Of a stretch of DNA of 64,000 nucleotides, positions 13,270 through 26,169 are shown one piece after another. The notes beneath the pieces were generated by a model that saw only the letters and a program-made list of their open reading frames with translations, made no database searches and had not been told where the DNA came from. Source of the stretch: Octopus vulgaris (Eukaryota); contig OX597836.1 in NCBI GenBank assembly GCA_951406725.2, positions 12,834,001-12,898,000 of the forward strand. Direction: 5' to 3'. Position 1 is the stretch's first letter, and every line of letters begins with the position of its first letter. The translations under genes and the position numbers were made by a program.

Positions 13270-13720
13270 CATGGCCCTATGCTCCTAACAGAGTAATATG
13301 AACCAGCTAACACTGCAACAAAGCTTTACTAATGTAGTAAGGTTTTGATAAAGAGAGGATTACAATGGCTTTCACTGGGCAATTTAGGTAGCCAAGCTTG
13401 ACCCTTACAGAGTCCTTATAAAGTATTCAAGTATTCACTTGGGTTTTTAATCCCTTTTCCCTTTATTTTATATATTCTTCTTCATTTATTCTTTTACTCG
13501 TTTCAGTCATTTGACTGCAGCCATGCTGGAGCACTGCCTTAAAGGGTATTTTAGTTGAAGAAAATGATCCCAGGACTTATTCTTTGTAAGCCTGGTACTT
13601 ATTCTATCAGTTTCTTTTGCCAAACCACAAAGTTACAGGGATGTAAACACACCAATATCAGTTCTCAAGCAGAGATAGAAGGACAAGCACAGACACAAAG
13701 TTACACACATAAATAAATAA

Positions 13721-13775
<55 letters not shown>

Positions 13776-13944
13776 TATACACACATATATATACGCGACA
13801 GACCTCTTTCAGTTTCTATCTACAAGGCATTAGTAGGCCCAAGGCTATAGTAGAAGACACATGCCCAAGGTGCCACACAGTGGGACTGAACTTGGAACCA
13901 TGCGGTTGGAAAGCAAACTTCCTACCACACAGCCACACCTGCAC

Positions 13945-13977
<33 letters not shown>

Positions 13978-14682
13978 CACACACACACATTTATATTCCT
14001 GGCACTCTTACTTGATAAACAAAGAAGACCACATTCAATGAAGTACTTCCTATAGGATGCAGTTACATAATTTATTCATAGAATTTATATTATAATGAAC
14101 TTGTTGTCAACAGTGCACCACACATCTCGCTGCAATATACAAACATTGTAGATACGCAATATGCCGAGAGATAAATTCTATAAATAATATGTATGATGTG
14201 TTGGTATAGTTACTACCCTGATTGCTTCTTGAGATTTTACAACTAGCTATTTTGCTTGTTGCAAATCAGTGACTGATGGTCACTTTGTTTACAATATATT
14301 GCTGGCTGGAGCAGACTCTGGCTATCGCTCAAGCAGCCAGGTGCTCATCACTGAAGATGAGCCATATAGCTCAAAATTGAGTCAGCCAAGTGATCCTTTT
14401 ATCTGCTAGAGCAGCACTTCTTAAACTTCTTTCATTCATGACCCCATTTTTCATTACGAGGTTTTTTGCATTTCTGTGTGACCCCAGGTATTAAATATTC
14501 ATTTGAGAAAATAACACATAAACTGAAATTCAATTATTTGAATTTAATTTTTGCTTTGTGACCCCAACTGGGGTCACGACCCAATGGTAGAAATTGCTTT
14601 TAGAACCCTCCAAAGTAAAGGATGAAATATAATTCAACCTTTACACACAAACACACACACACATACATATATATGTATATAT

Positions 14683-14901
14683 ATACAAAATTTAAAGGAC
14701 TGACCACTAAAAGTGGATGGTCAACATGCTAGATATAGATGTCAAAATCGGTATTTTCCACAAAGAATGTGTTCTCAAATAAGAGTTCTCAAATGAGTTT
14801 TTTATTTGAGAACACATTCTTCGTGGAAAATAGCAATTTTGACGTCTATATCTAGCATGTTGACCATCCACTTTTAGTGGTCAGTCCTTTAAATTTTGTA
14901 T
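14683..14901. repeat. Inverted repeat, 100-bp arms and 19-nt loop, inside a (TA)n tract
   Basis: 14683-14782 versus 14802-14901, about 4 mismatches; the element continues to about 14990. Confidence 0.9.
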
Positions 14902-14985
14902 GTAAAAATATTTTAATCTTCGGATTTTTTTTAATATGCTAGGCCACTGGTTTTAATTGATCAATATCAATTTCTACCCTTATTG

Positions 14986-15028
<43 letters not shown>

Positions 15029-15233
15029 CAAATTGAGATAGGGGTTGTAAATGCAACCCTCCATGGGATAACATATATCCAATATACTGCTAGTGAAGTA
15101 CCCAACAAAGTTAATACATAAATGTTAAGAATTGCGATGCAATTAATTCTTTACTGTATTATATGGGCAAAGGTAAAATGATTTACCACAAATTCATAAT
15201 ACAAAATAAGAAAATGGAGAAATACATCCAAAT

Positions 15234-15274
<41 letters not shown>

Positions 15275-17356
15275 TTTACTTAATTCTGCACAGTTTGTCT
15301 GCTACTTGCAAAGTATTGGTATTGGTTAACCTGTTGCTTTCAGGTTAACTAATCCCAATAGAAGATATATATATATCCAAAGTACTACACAGAGCAATTG
15401 AACTCAGAACTAAGTGGTTGATTGATTTCAAAGCAAACTTCTTAACCACATAGCTATCTATGCCTACATCTACGTCAATTTTATGTTTATTTTCCTCATG
15501 CTAGTTTTTATTACATTGAACTCACAGCAATGAAGAAAAATCCTATGATCTCTGACAAATCTAGGCTAGAACTCAAAGAACCCTTGTACTGTAAATCACA
15601 AAAATTAGATATGTTTGTTGGCCCATGACCCCAGAAGTTGACCTCCAGCTGATACCCCTGCGACCTAGTTTTCATCAGTCTCCTACCTTTCCCCTCCTAT
15701 TGCTTCTCCCACCCCTGCACATTCTTTAACCCTGTTTGCTCAGTGCTTATTCCAAATATGTAAGAGAAGAGCATTAACTGGAATGTTTTCAGAGAAATAC
15801 CATGAAGGCACAAACAAAATTTTTCAAGGTCAGAAACTATACTAAATCATTTTTGCTGCCCACAAACCTAACACTAGTGTCCTTCAACTCTGTCTCTTTT
15901 CATTTTTTAGCTCAGGTCAGCCCTAACTAAGCAGACTGTTATTCTTGCTGTGACTATCCAGTCTTATTTTAAGATGGCAGGTTGTGATGAGAGGGGAATT
16001 TGGTTGCTATTTCTAGCAGATCATGGACACCCCTGGACACAGGTTTTATTTGTTGCAAAGTATTTAGTCTGCTTTTTTCCTGTCTAGGGCTCTTACCCCA
16101 TTCTCAATGACCTGACAGTGGCACCTCTATGTGGAGTATCAGCCAGCTAGAAATCATAGCCAAATCTTGAAATCATGCCCTGCCATCTTAATCCCTTTGA
16201 TAACAAACAAACTGAAACTCCCCTTGGTTTTATGATATAAATTTCCCATTTTAACCCTTTCATTACCAACCCACCAAACCTTAGTCACAATTTATGTTTC
16301 TAACAGTAGCTGAATGATTTATTTTACTAAATTCTTTGTTATATTTAAAGTAATTGAAAGAAACACAGAGCATCTCAAAATAAATACAGTAATGAAAGGG
16401 TTAAAGTGATCTAAATTTAGATTTTTCATCTCTGTACTGAAGCATGTCAAGACAGAAGAAAATACACACTGTAGATTCATTTTGGCCAGCTAAATCAACA
16501 AATTTGAAGCTGGACAGACAGGTGTGAAAATGACTATTACAAAGGCAAGATATTGTATATAGCAGACTTGCAAGTTACTATGCACTCTGAAAATTGGCAC
16601 TAAACTAGCCTCTATATAATCCTTGTAGGGGAAGGTTCCAGGGGTTAGTGTGTGTGTGTGTGTGTCTATGTTTATCCCCCACTGCCAATTGACAACCAGT
16701 GTTGTTGTGTTTATGTTCCTATAACTTAGCAGTTCAGCAAAAAAGAGCAATATGATAAGTACTAAGCTTAAAAACAAAAATTGTTTATTCGTTTGACTAA
16801 AAATTCTTAAAGGCAGTGCCCCAGCATGGCCACAGCCTAATGACTGAAGCAAGTAAAAGATAAGATATTAAAGATTAGCAATAAACCAGTAATTTTAAAC
16901 AGATATACCTCTGTGCTATTCCACCTAAAACAACTCCTTTGTTAGTCTGACTTATCATAAATGCAGTGAACCATCAGTTAGTCTGTTGGAAGTGGGGGCG
17001 TGTGGCTTAGTGGTTAGGGTGTTGAACTCATGATCGTAAGGTTGTGGTTTTGATTCCTGGACTGGGCGATACACTGTGTTCTTGAGCAAAACACTTCATT
17101 TCACGTTGCTCCAGTCCACTCATCTGGAAAAAAATGAGTAATCCTGCGACGGACCGGTGTCCCGTCCAGGTGGAGAATTTCTATGCCACTGAAACTGGGA
17201 AACTGGCCCTTATGAGCCTGGCATGGCTCGAGAAGGAACAGTTATTTTTATATTATATTAGTCTGTTGGAAGCCTGTACCAATGGTGGTGTTGTTCACAA
17301 AATACATTATATACATTATGTTGGGAATAAATGTGAGACTTCAACGTAATTATTAC

Positions 17357-17465
17357 CTTTTTACGAACTTTTTATTATTTTCCGTACGACCACATTCGGC
17401 ATCATCGTCAGCATCTTCTCTGATAACCAGACTTTCCATTTTCTGTAGTTTACTTGGTGGTGCAC
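17357..17465 (-). CDS. HS1BP3: HS1BP3 exon 4 (acidic linker)
   Basis: Acceptor ccactttag|GT (phase 1, matches exon 3) and donor AG|gtaata (phase 2). Open frame APPSKLQKMESLVIREDADDDAECGRTENNKKFVK. Confidence 0.75.
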
Positions 17466-17592
17466 CTAAAGTGGAATCAGAGACATATTAGTTATTGGTT
17501 TCAGATATTGGCACAAAGCCAGCAAGTTCAGGGGAGGGGCTAAGTTGATTACAAAGTCTAGTCAGGTATCTTCAGCTAGCAAGCCATGCTAC

Positions 17593-17635
17593 TCCAGACT
17601 AATGATGAGCAAAGACTCTGAAACTAGTCTCTGGA
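17593..17635 (+). ncRNA. Degenerate type I hammerhead (G5A, probably inactive)
   Basis: TCCAGA CTAATGA TGAG CAAAGA CTCT GAAA CTA GTC TCTGGA. 6-bp helix I, palindromic ACTAGT, GUC triplet. Confidence 0.55.
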
Positions 17636-19096
17636 TGCAGGCTTAGCTGGGTGGGGGTGCTTGTCTCCCTTTTGTAAACATGGCAACCGTGTCGGTGGCA
17701 CGTAAAAGCACCATCCGTTCGCGTCCGTTGCCAGCCTCGGCTGGCCCCCGTGCCGGTGACACGTAAAAGCACCGTCCGTTCATGGCCGGTTGCCAGCTCT
17801 GTCTGGCCCCGTGTCGGTGGCACGTAAAAGCACCATCCGTTTGTGTCCGTTGCCAGCATCGCCTGGCCCCGTGCCGGTGACATGTAAAAGCACCATCCGT
17901 TCGTGGCCGTTCGCCAGCTCTGTCTGGCACCTGTGCAGGTGGCACGTAAAAACACCCACTACACTCGCGGAGTGGTTGGCGTTAGGAAGGGCATCCAGCC
18001 GTAGAAACACTGCCAGATCTGACTGGGCCTGACGAAGCCTTCCAGCTTCACAGACCCCAGTTGACCTGTCCAACCCATGCTAGCATGGAAAACGGACGCT
18101 AAACGATGATGATGATGATGATGATGATGAAGAACACAGGAAATGTGTCAAGGCCGACAGGAAGTGTTGATGCTTCCTAGGGCTAAATAGCGGTGGAGTG
18201 GTTCCCTTTATGGGATTGTCACGTTAAGTTGACAGTATACAACTGCTATATCGTTCCACTACTGCTTATATCTCTCTGAGATATTTAGAAATTTAATATT
18301 TCTATTAATCAATCAGTTACTTCTGTCGTAGACCTTTTATCGCTCTCTATAACCTCATCAGTGGCATGTTTTCTCTACTCTGAGTCTGCTACATGTCTAT
18401 CTATGGCATGTCATTGATGAGGTTGTGGATGGTGACAAAAGGACTTTGACAAACTTAGCTGACTGATTGATTGACCAAATAATTAATTAAACACTCAATT
18501 AGTTAATTTGTTAAATATTTAACCAATTGCTTTTTAATTGTTTCAGTCATTAGACTGCAGCCATGCTGGGGCACCACCTTGAAGTGCTTAGTCAAACAAA
18601 TATTTTTAAGCTTGGTACTTATTCTATCGGTCTCTTTTCTTGAATTGCTAAGTTACAGGAACAAACAAAGCAATCCCTTACCGAGAGGTAGTGGAGGGAC
18701 AAACACACACACACACACATACACACATACTATGGGCTTCCTTCAGTTCCCATCAACCAAATCCACTCAGAAGGCTTTGGTCTGCTTGAGGCGACAGTAG
18801 AAGTCACTTGCCCAAGGTGTCATGCAGTGGGGCTAAACCTAAAACCATGTGATTAGGAAGACAAATAAAAAAATAAAGAAGTAAAATATAATCAATGCAT
18901 GTGCTTATTATTAGCATAATGACCCTCCCAAGATACAACAGAATACATTTCAATTTTGAACAGACAACTTCAGATCAAGAATCTTGCAGTACAAAAATGA
19001 AAAGAAATTATAATTAAATGCTGGCTGGAATAATTACCACAACTATAATAATATAATAAGAGAAATAATAATAATGATATTGAAACTGAAACTCAC

Positions 19097-19304
19097 CAAG
19101 AAACTGTAAAAATAGATAACTCTTAGAAAGGCGTTCAGTTTTGCTGCAGAATTTCATGAGCTTATCTAATGCGGATCGTCTTTCTTTATATACATCATCT
19201 GTAGTTAATAATACCTTTTTAGGAAACGGTGGAAAAGCTATACCAGAATATTTATCATTCAGGGACGTGTGCAAATCTTCAAACTCATTAAATTTCTTTC
19301 CAAC
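19097..19304 (-). CDS. HS1BP3: HS1BP3 exon 3 (PX domain core)
   Basis: Acceptor attaag|GTT and donor G|gtgagt. VGKKFNEFEDLHTSLNDKYSGIAFPPFPKKVLL...ERRSALDKLMKFC...FLQFLG carries the PX-domain PPxPxK and ERR motifs. Confidence 0.93.
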
Positions 19305-19676
19305 CTTAATTAAATAGATAAAACAGATTACTGTTATGTATATTTATGTATGTATGTATGTATATAGTCTTCTTAAATTTAATAAAAAAAAAGATTAGGT
19401 ATCTTTACAAAAGAATTATAGTTATGTATTGTAAATAAATAAATAAATATATATATATATATATAGGTTATAAAATGAGATAGGGGTTGAAAATTCAACC
19501 CACCATGGGATAATATATATCCAATATACTGCTAGATAGGTACCCAACAAAATTAATACATAGATGTTAAAAATTGTCAAACAATCAGTTCATCTATTGT
19601 ATTATATGGGTAAAGGTAATAATATTACCGTAAATTAATACTAATTTTGTAGTTTCTCCATTCTCTAATTTTGTAG

Positions 19677-19733
<57 letters not shown>

Positions 19734-19837
19734 GTTAATCCAAACAAGAAAACACAAAAACAAAAAAACACAACAACGCGAGGACGTGGAACAAATAAAG
19801 TATTATTGGACGCTCAGGAAAGAAGGGAAGAAGGAGG

Positions 19838-19872
19838 GTTTAACGTTTCGAGCGGAGCTCTTCGTCGGAAAC
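19838..19872 (-). ncRNA. Minimal hammerhead-like motif (U4C variant)
   Basis: Minus strand: GTTT CCGACGA A GAGC TCC GCTC GAAA CG TT AAAC; palindromic AACGTT helix III. Confidence 0.5.
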
Positions 19873-20626
19873 ATCCCGAGGAGGGAAGACAGAGGAAAAA
19901 AATCGCCAGCGGTGATTTGTATATATATATATATATATATATACACATACATGCACATGTGCACACACACACACATATACATGTGTGTGTGTGTGTGTGT
20001 GTGTACATCATTGTCTTTGCTTTAGCAACTACATGGCTTGTATGAGACAGAAAGAATTCATTAATTTAGATTTCTTATGACTGGATGCCCTTCCCATCAC
20101 CAACCTTCATCAGTTTCCAAAGAAAATAATATTTCCCCATGGGGATGGGGAAATATCACTTTCTTAGGAAACTGGTGAAGGTTGGGGACAGGGGCATACA
20201 TACATACATACATGCATACACACACACACACATGCATGCATACATACATACATACATACACACACACACATAAATATACATAAATGTGTATATATGCATG
20301 TGTGTATATATGTATGTATGTGTGTGTGAGAGTATTTTTAAAAGTTTTGATGCTTAGATAAAGAAACTGTAAGATTTTTTCCTTTAATATAAATTCAATT
20401 CAATATATATATATATATATATATATCCGCAAGAGGGCTAACGATTGAAAAGAATTTGTGTGTGTTTGTGTGTTTACCTGTATAAGCATACATTCTCTCT
20501 CTCTCATTATCTCTCCCACACACACACATTTTATAATGATATACATACATACATACATACAAATATATATATATATATATTTGTAAAAAATGAAGTTTGA
20601 AAATGCTGCTATATTAGACAAATTTT

Positions 20627-20674
20627 AATTTAACATGTTTCGGTTCTTGAAATAACGAACCTTATCAAAAAATT
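20627..20674 (-). ncRNA. Minimal hammerhead-like motif (U3-A8 variant)
   Basis: Minus strand: AATTTT TTGATAA GGTTC (10 nt) GAACC GAAA CATG TT AAATT. Palindromic AACATGTT helix III; helix I weak. Confidence 0.5.
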
Positions 20675-21363
20675 TTTTATATATATAATAAAGAGAGTCT
20701 ATGCTATATGTTTAAAGAGTATGATGTAATAGTTCATAATTGTGACATACATTCAATCATCATCATCATCATCATCATCATTTAACGTCCGCTTTCCATG
20801 CTAGCATGGGTTGGACGGTTCAACTGGGGTCTGGGGAGCCCGAAGGCTGCACCAGGCCAGTCAGATCTGGCAGTGTTTCTACAGCTGGATGCCCTTCCTA
20901 ACGCCAACCACTCCGCGAGTGTAGTGGGTGATTTTATGTGCCACCGACACAGGTGCCAGACGAGGCTGGCGAACGGCCACGCTCGGATGGTGTTTTTATG
21001 TGCCACCGACACAGGTGCCAGACGAGGCTGGCGAACGGCCACGCTCGGATGGTGTTTTTATGTGCCACCGATACAGGTGCCAGACGAGGCTGGCGAACGG
21101 CCACGCTCGGATGGTGTTTTTATGTGCCACCGACACAGGTGCCAGACAAGGCTAGCAGACGACCACGCTCGGATGGTGTTTTTTATGTGCCACCGACACA
21201 GGAGCCAGATGAGGCTGACTCAATAGAGTCAAATATAAAAAATTCCTGTTCTTGAAAAGGCGAGGAGTTCATTATAGATTTTACCTTGTGTTCCAATGGG
21301 AGCAACAGTAATGATTTTTGGTTGGTGTCTGCTGGCATATATATATATATATATATATATATA

Positions 21364-21595
21364 CAGGGGTGGCTAAAAGTCACCTGACAGTAAATCAAAC
21401 CCATTTAATTCCAAGTTTTATTTATGTTTAACAGCTGAATGAATATAAATAAAAGTATCTAAATATGAAACATCATGAAAATTGTTCAAACTGGAATCCT
21501 TGAGTGACACATTTTTTCCATTGGAGTCAATACAGAATAACAGATAGTATTTATGGAATTTTGATTTACTGTTGGGTGACTTTTGGCCAACACTG
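21364..21595. mobile_element. Tc1/mariner-type MITE in (TA)n
   Basis: About 36-bp TIRs caggggtggctaaaagtcacctgacagtaaatcaaa / tttgatttactgttgggtgacttttggccaacactg, with TA flanks. Confidence 0.85.
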
Positions 21596-22634
21596 TATAT
21601 ATATATATATATATATATTTATATACCGGAGTAAACACATAAATGTGAAACAAGGTGGAAAAAAGAGTACTCAAATACCAGTGGTAGAGTAATATGCTTT
21701 ATTTAAAGCAGCAGAAAATTCAACATATATATATACGGCTGTGTATATATATATTTATATATATATACTCTTATTCTTTTACTTGTTTCAGTCATTTGAC
21801 TGCGGCCATGCTGGAGCACCGCCTTTAGTCGAGCAACTCAACCCCAGGACTTATTCTTTGTAAGCCCAGTACTTATTCTATCGGCCTCTTTTGTCGAACC
21901 ACTAAGTGACTGGGACGTAAACACACCAGCATCGGTTGTCAAGCAATGCTAGGGGGACAAACACAGACACACACACACATATCCACATATATACGACAGG
22001 CTTCTTTCAGTTTCCGTCTACCAAATCCACTCACAAGGTTCTGGTCAGCCCGAGGCTATAGCAGAAGACAGTTGCCCAAGATGCCACGCAGTGGGACTGA
22101 ACCCCGAACCATGTGGTTGGTTAGCAAGCTACTTACCACACAGCCACTCCTGCGCCTATATATATATATATGAGAGAGGGAATGTATGTTTATACAGGCA
22201 GACACACAAACACACAAATTCTTTTCAATCATTAAAGCTGTTGCAGATAACCTCTCTAGTGCTAGCAGTACCATAAAATTGACCCAGACTATGCAGCCAA
22301 GTGGCTGATGATAAGAAGAACATCAGGGTCATAAAAACTATGCTAAAATAAATGACATACACAACAAATATTGGCAGTTATGGTGGTGGTGATGGTGGTG
22401 GTTTCGCTGCATGTACCAGGTGATGAAGGATTACAGCTAGTGGGAGCATACCCACCAAAACTCATTCTAGCTTGGAGACACAAAGCTAGAGTAATGATGA
22501 TGTATGCATTGGTGTGACATGTACATATATATATATGAATATATATGATTGAATATACTTCCTTTTAATGACATTTAGGCCAGGACAACACAGCAAGTAT
22601 ATGTTCCCATTATTTAATTGCTTTTATTTTGGTG

Positions 22635-22717
22635 CACACACACACACACACACACACACAGCCATATATATTATATATACATACCTGCACACTTACATAC
22701 AAACACTTACATACTCT

Positions 22718-22749
<32 letters not shown>

Positions 22750-23000
22750 CATATATATGCATGCATACCAACATATATACATACTCACACACAAACATTC
22801 ATATACATATGTATGCATGCATACACACACGTATGCATAAATACATACATGGACACACATACACATATATACATACTCACACACAAACATACATATATAT
22901 ATATATATGTATGCATGCATACACAGACTCTTTCACATACACACATGTATACATATATATATATGATGATGATGATGATGATATATATATATACATATAC
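22635..23000. repeat. Compound (CA)n/(TA)n microsatellite
   Basis: Directly visible. Confidence 0.9.
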
Positions 23001-23788
23001 ATCATCATTGTTTAACGCCCACTTTCCATGCTGGCATGGGTTGGATGGTTTGACTGAGGACTGGTGAGCCAGATGGCTGCACCAGGCTCCAATCTGATCT
23101 GGCAGAGTTTCTACAGCTGGATGCCCTTCCTAACACCAACCACTCTGAGAGTGTAGTGGGTGCTTTTACGTGACAACACCACACCAGTCAGATGGTTCTG
23201 GCAACGACCATGCTCCAATGTTGATTTTCACGTGCCACCAGCACATGTGCCGGTAGGATGGCTCTACCAACGATCATGTTCGAATGGTGCTTTTCACGTG
23301 CCACCGGCATCGGAGCCAATCCGTGGCCCTGGCAACAATCACGCTCGGATGTGCTTTTAACATTCCACTGACACAGGTGCCAATCAGATGGTACTGTCAT
23401 CAGCCACGTCAGCGATTTTCATTTGTTTTCACTTGCCTCAATATGTCTTCACAAGCAAAGTTCATTGTCCAAGATATATACATATATATATATATGTAGG
23501 TCCCGGGTTGATTCGGGGTTAACCACAGTAAATATATAAAATCATCATATTCTTTTTTCTCTTTTTTCTTTTACTTGTTTCAGTCATTTGACTGCGGCCA
23601 TGCTGGAGCACCGCCTTTAGTCGAGCAAATCGACCCCGGGACTTATTCTTTGTAAGCCCAGTACTTATTCTATCGGTCTCTTTTGCCGAACCGCTAAGTG
23701 ATGGGGACATAAACTCACCAGCATCGGTTGTCAAGCAATGCTAGGGGGACAAACACAGACACACAAACATATACACACACATACATAC

Positions 23789-23843
<55 letters not shown>

Positions 23844-24030
23844 TACGACAGGCTTCTTTCAGTTTCCGTCTACCAAATTCACTCACAAGGCATTGATCGG
23901 CCTGAGGCTATAGCAGAAGACACTTGCCCAAGGTGCCACGCAGTGGGACTGAACCCGGAACCATGTGGTTGGTAAGCAAGCTACTTACCACACAGCCACT
24001 CCTTTTATATATGTATAAAATCATCATCAT

Positions 24031-24065
<35 letters not shown>

Positions 24066-25331
24066 CATCATCATCATCGTCATCATTACTATTACTTAAT
24101 GTCCATTTTCCATGCTTGCATGGGTTGGACAGTTTGACAGGAGCCAGCAAGTCAGAAGACTGCAACAGGTTCCACTGTCTGCTTAGACAAGGTTTCTGCA
24201 GTTGGATGCCCTTTCTTATACCAGCCACTTTGCAGATTGCGCTGGGTGCTTCTTATGAGGTCACCAAATAACTTACAAGACAAGACCCCTTGACTGAATG
24301 TGGTGGGGAGGGGTTGTATTGAGGGAAGTGGCTTCTGTGCCGGTGGCACATAAAAAGCACCATCCAAACATGGCTGATGCCAGCGCTGCATCGACTGGCT
24401 TCTGTGCCGATGGCACGTAAAAAGCACCATCCGAATGTGGCCGATGCCAGCGCCACCTTGACTGGCTTCCGTGCTGGTGGCACGTTAAAAGGAACAACCG
24501 ATCGTGGCCACTGCCAGACTGGCACCTGTGCCGGTGGCACGTAAAAAGCACCCACTACACTCACGGAGAGGTTGGCATTAGGAAGGGCATCCAGCTGTAG
24601 AAACACTGCCAAATCAGACTGGAGCCTGGTGCAGCCTCCTGGCTTCCCAGACCCCGGTCGAACTGTCCAACCCATGCTAGCGCGGAGAACGGACATTAAA
24701 CGATGATGATGATGATGATGGCTACCTTGGTAGGAGAAAGAGAGAGAAAGGAAACAGAGAGTGGAAGAAAGATAGTGAAGATGTGATGGTGGGGTGCTAT
24801 ACTCAAGTTATAAGGAAGGGCATATAAGGGAAGGAGAAACCAAAGATTGGATAAGGTGTATGTGTGGGGGGGGTAAGTCGATGTTGATGTGAAATGAGAG
24901 AGTAATGTGTAGGGGAGGGAATGTAGTGAATGGACACAAATAGAGAGAAGGGGTGTTAGGACGATATGTAGCAGGGAAGAGATTCATCAGGGACACATTG
25001 TGTGCAGTTAGGTCCACCAAGGTGTGACAGGAGAGTAAGAGTCAGAGGGGAGGAAAATACAGCAGGTGGTGATCACGAGTAGGGGGAATGAGGGAGGTGT
25101 TAGGGAGATGGGTTATAGGGAGAGGGTTTGTCAGAGACAGATTGTGTGCAGGAGCATGGACATAAATCTCATGTCTTTATGCTCTGGTATCAATCATTTG
25201 ACTGTGGCCATGCTGGAGCACCACCTTGGAGATTGAACAGGTTAATTTTTAATTTAAATTGTTTTGTGAAGGCTGTAGCAGTGCAATTTGTATAGATTAT
25301 GTTGATAATCTGGTCTGTTTTATTAACTTAC

Positions 25332-25494
25332 CACAAACTGAACAATGTCAGATTCTTTATGCTTTGGAGATTTGAATATTGCCAAATTTGTTACCACAGT
25401 AACTTGGTATTCCACTGATTTAGTTAGTAATCCTGGAATTTCCTCATATGTTGGTACAGAGACATCAATTCCTGTTTCTGGATTTTTCAGTTGC
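25332..25494 (-). CDS. HS1BP3: HS1BP3 exon 2 (start of PX domain)
   Basis: Acceptor tcttttag|G and donor GTG|gtaagt. QLKNPETGIDVSVPTYEEIPGLLTKSVEYQVTVVTNLAIFKSPKHKESDIVQFV matches HS1BP3 TGLDLTVP...VEYQILVVT...FKSAKH...VVQF. Confidence 0.93.
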
Positions 25495-25703
25495 CTAAAA
25501 GATATATTTATACATGAAGAATTAATAGATACAAAAGTAAAATTTTTAAATAAAATACTTAAAAGAAAAAATATATACATATATATATATATATATATAC
25601 ATATATATGTATATAAAGGGAAAGTTTATGAAAATAAACAAAAGAAGACAGGTGGTGTACAAAACAAACAGATGTATTAGTATAGCGCTAGGAATAGAAA
25701 AGT

Positions 25704-25738
25704 CTTTTACGTTTCGAGCCTATGCTTTCTACAGAAAG
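25704..25738 (-). ncRNA. Minimal hammerhead-like motif (A6U variant)
   Basis: Minus strand: CTTT CTGTAGA AAGC ATAG GCTC GAAA CG TA AAAG. A truncated relative of the same element lies at 31577-31684. Confidence 0.45.
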
Positions 25739-25825
25739 GGACACAGAAAAAACAAGGAGAGAAAAAATGTGTGTAGTGGCTAACGATCTATCATGGCATG
25801 CCTCAAATATATATATCATGTTGCT

Positions 25826-25930
<105 letters not shown>

Positions 25931-26030
25931 GATAATAAATTGTATGGTATACACTTGGTAGCTTACTGGTAGAGCACATTCATTTTCACAATGTTCATTA
26001 GGTATTTGACTAATAAGGAAGCTGGAGGAT

Positions 26031-26169
26031 ATGAGAATGTTTATTAATCACTACAATTATTTCGACACATCTAGCATCGATCTCTCATGGGTGGGATACT
26101 TAACAACTGGTTTAGGAGTATCTGACGGTGTAGATGTGTCTCTTCAGGTGATTACAAAATATATCTCAT
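26031..26169 (-). ncRNA. Type I hammerhead ribozyme motif with canonical core
   Basis: Minus strand: TAATCAC CTGAAGA GACACATCTA..(57 nt)..TAGATGTGTC GAAA TAATTG TA GTGATTA. Helix I 7 bp (extended by ATGAGA/TCTCAT), helix II 10 bp, near-palindromic helix III, GUA cleavage triplet. Confidence 0.8.

Noticed and set aside
14351-14385. CTGAAGA T GAGC..GCTC AAAA..GTC hammerhead remnant
   Set aside because: G12 is replaced and no helix I pairing is found; at most a dead relic.
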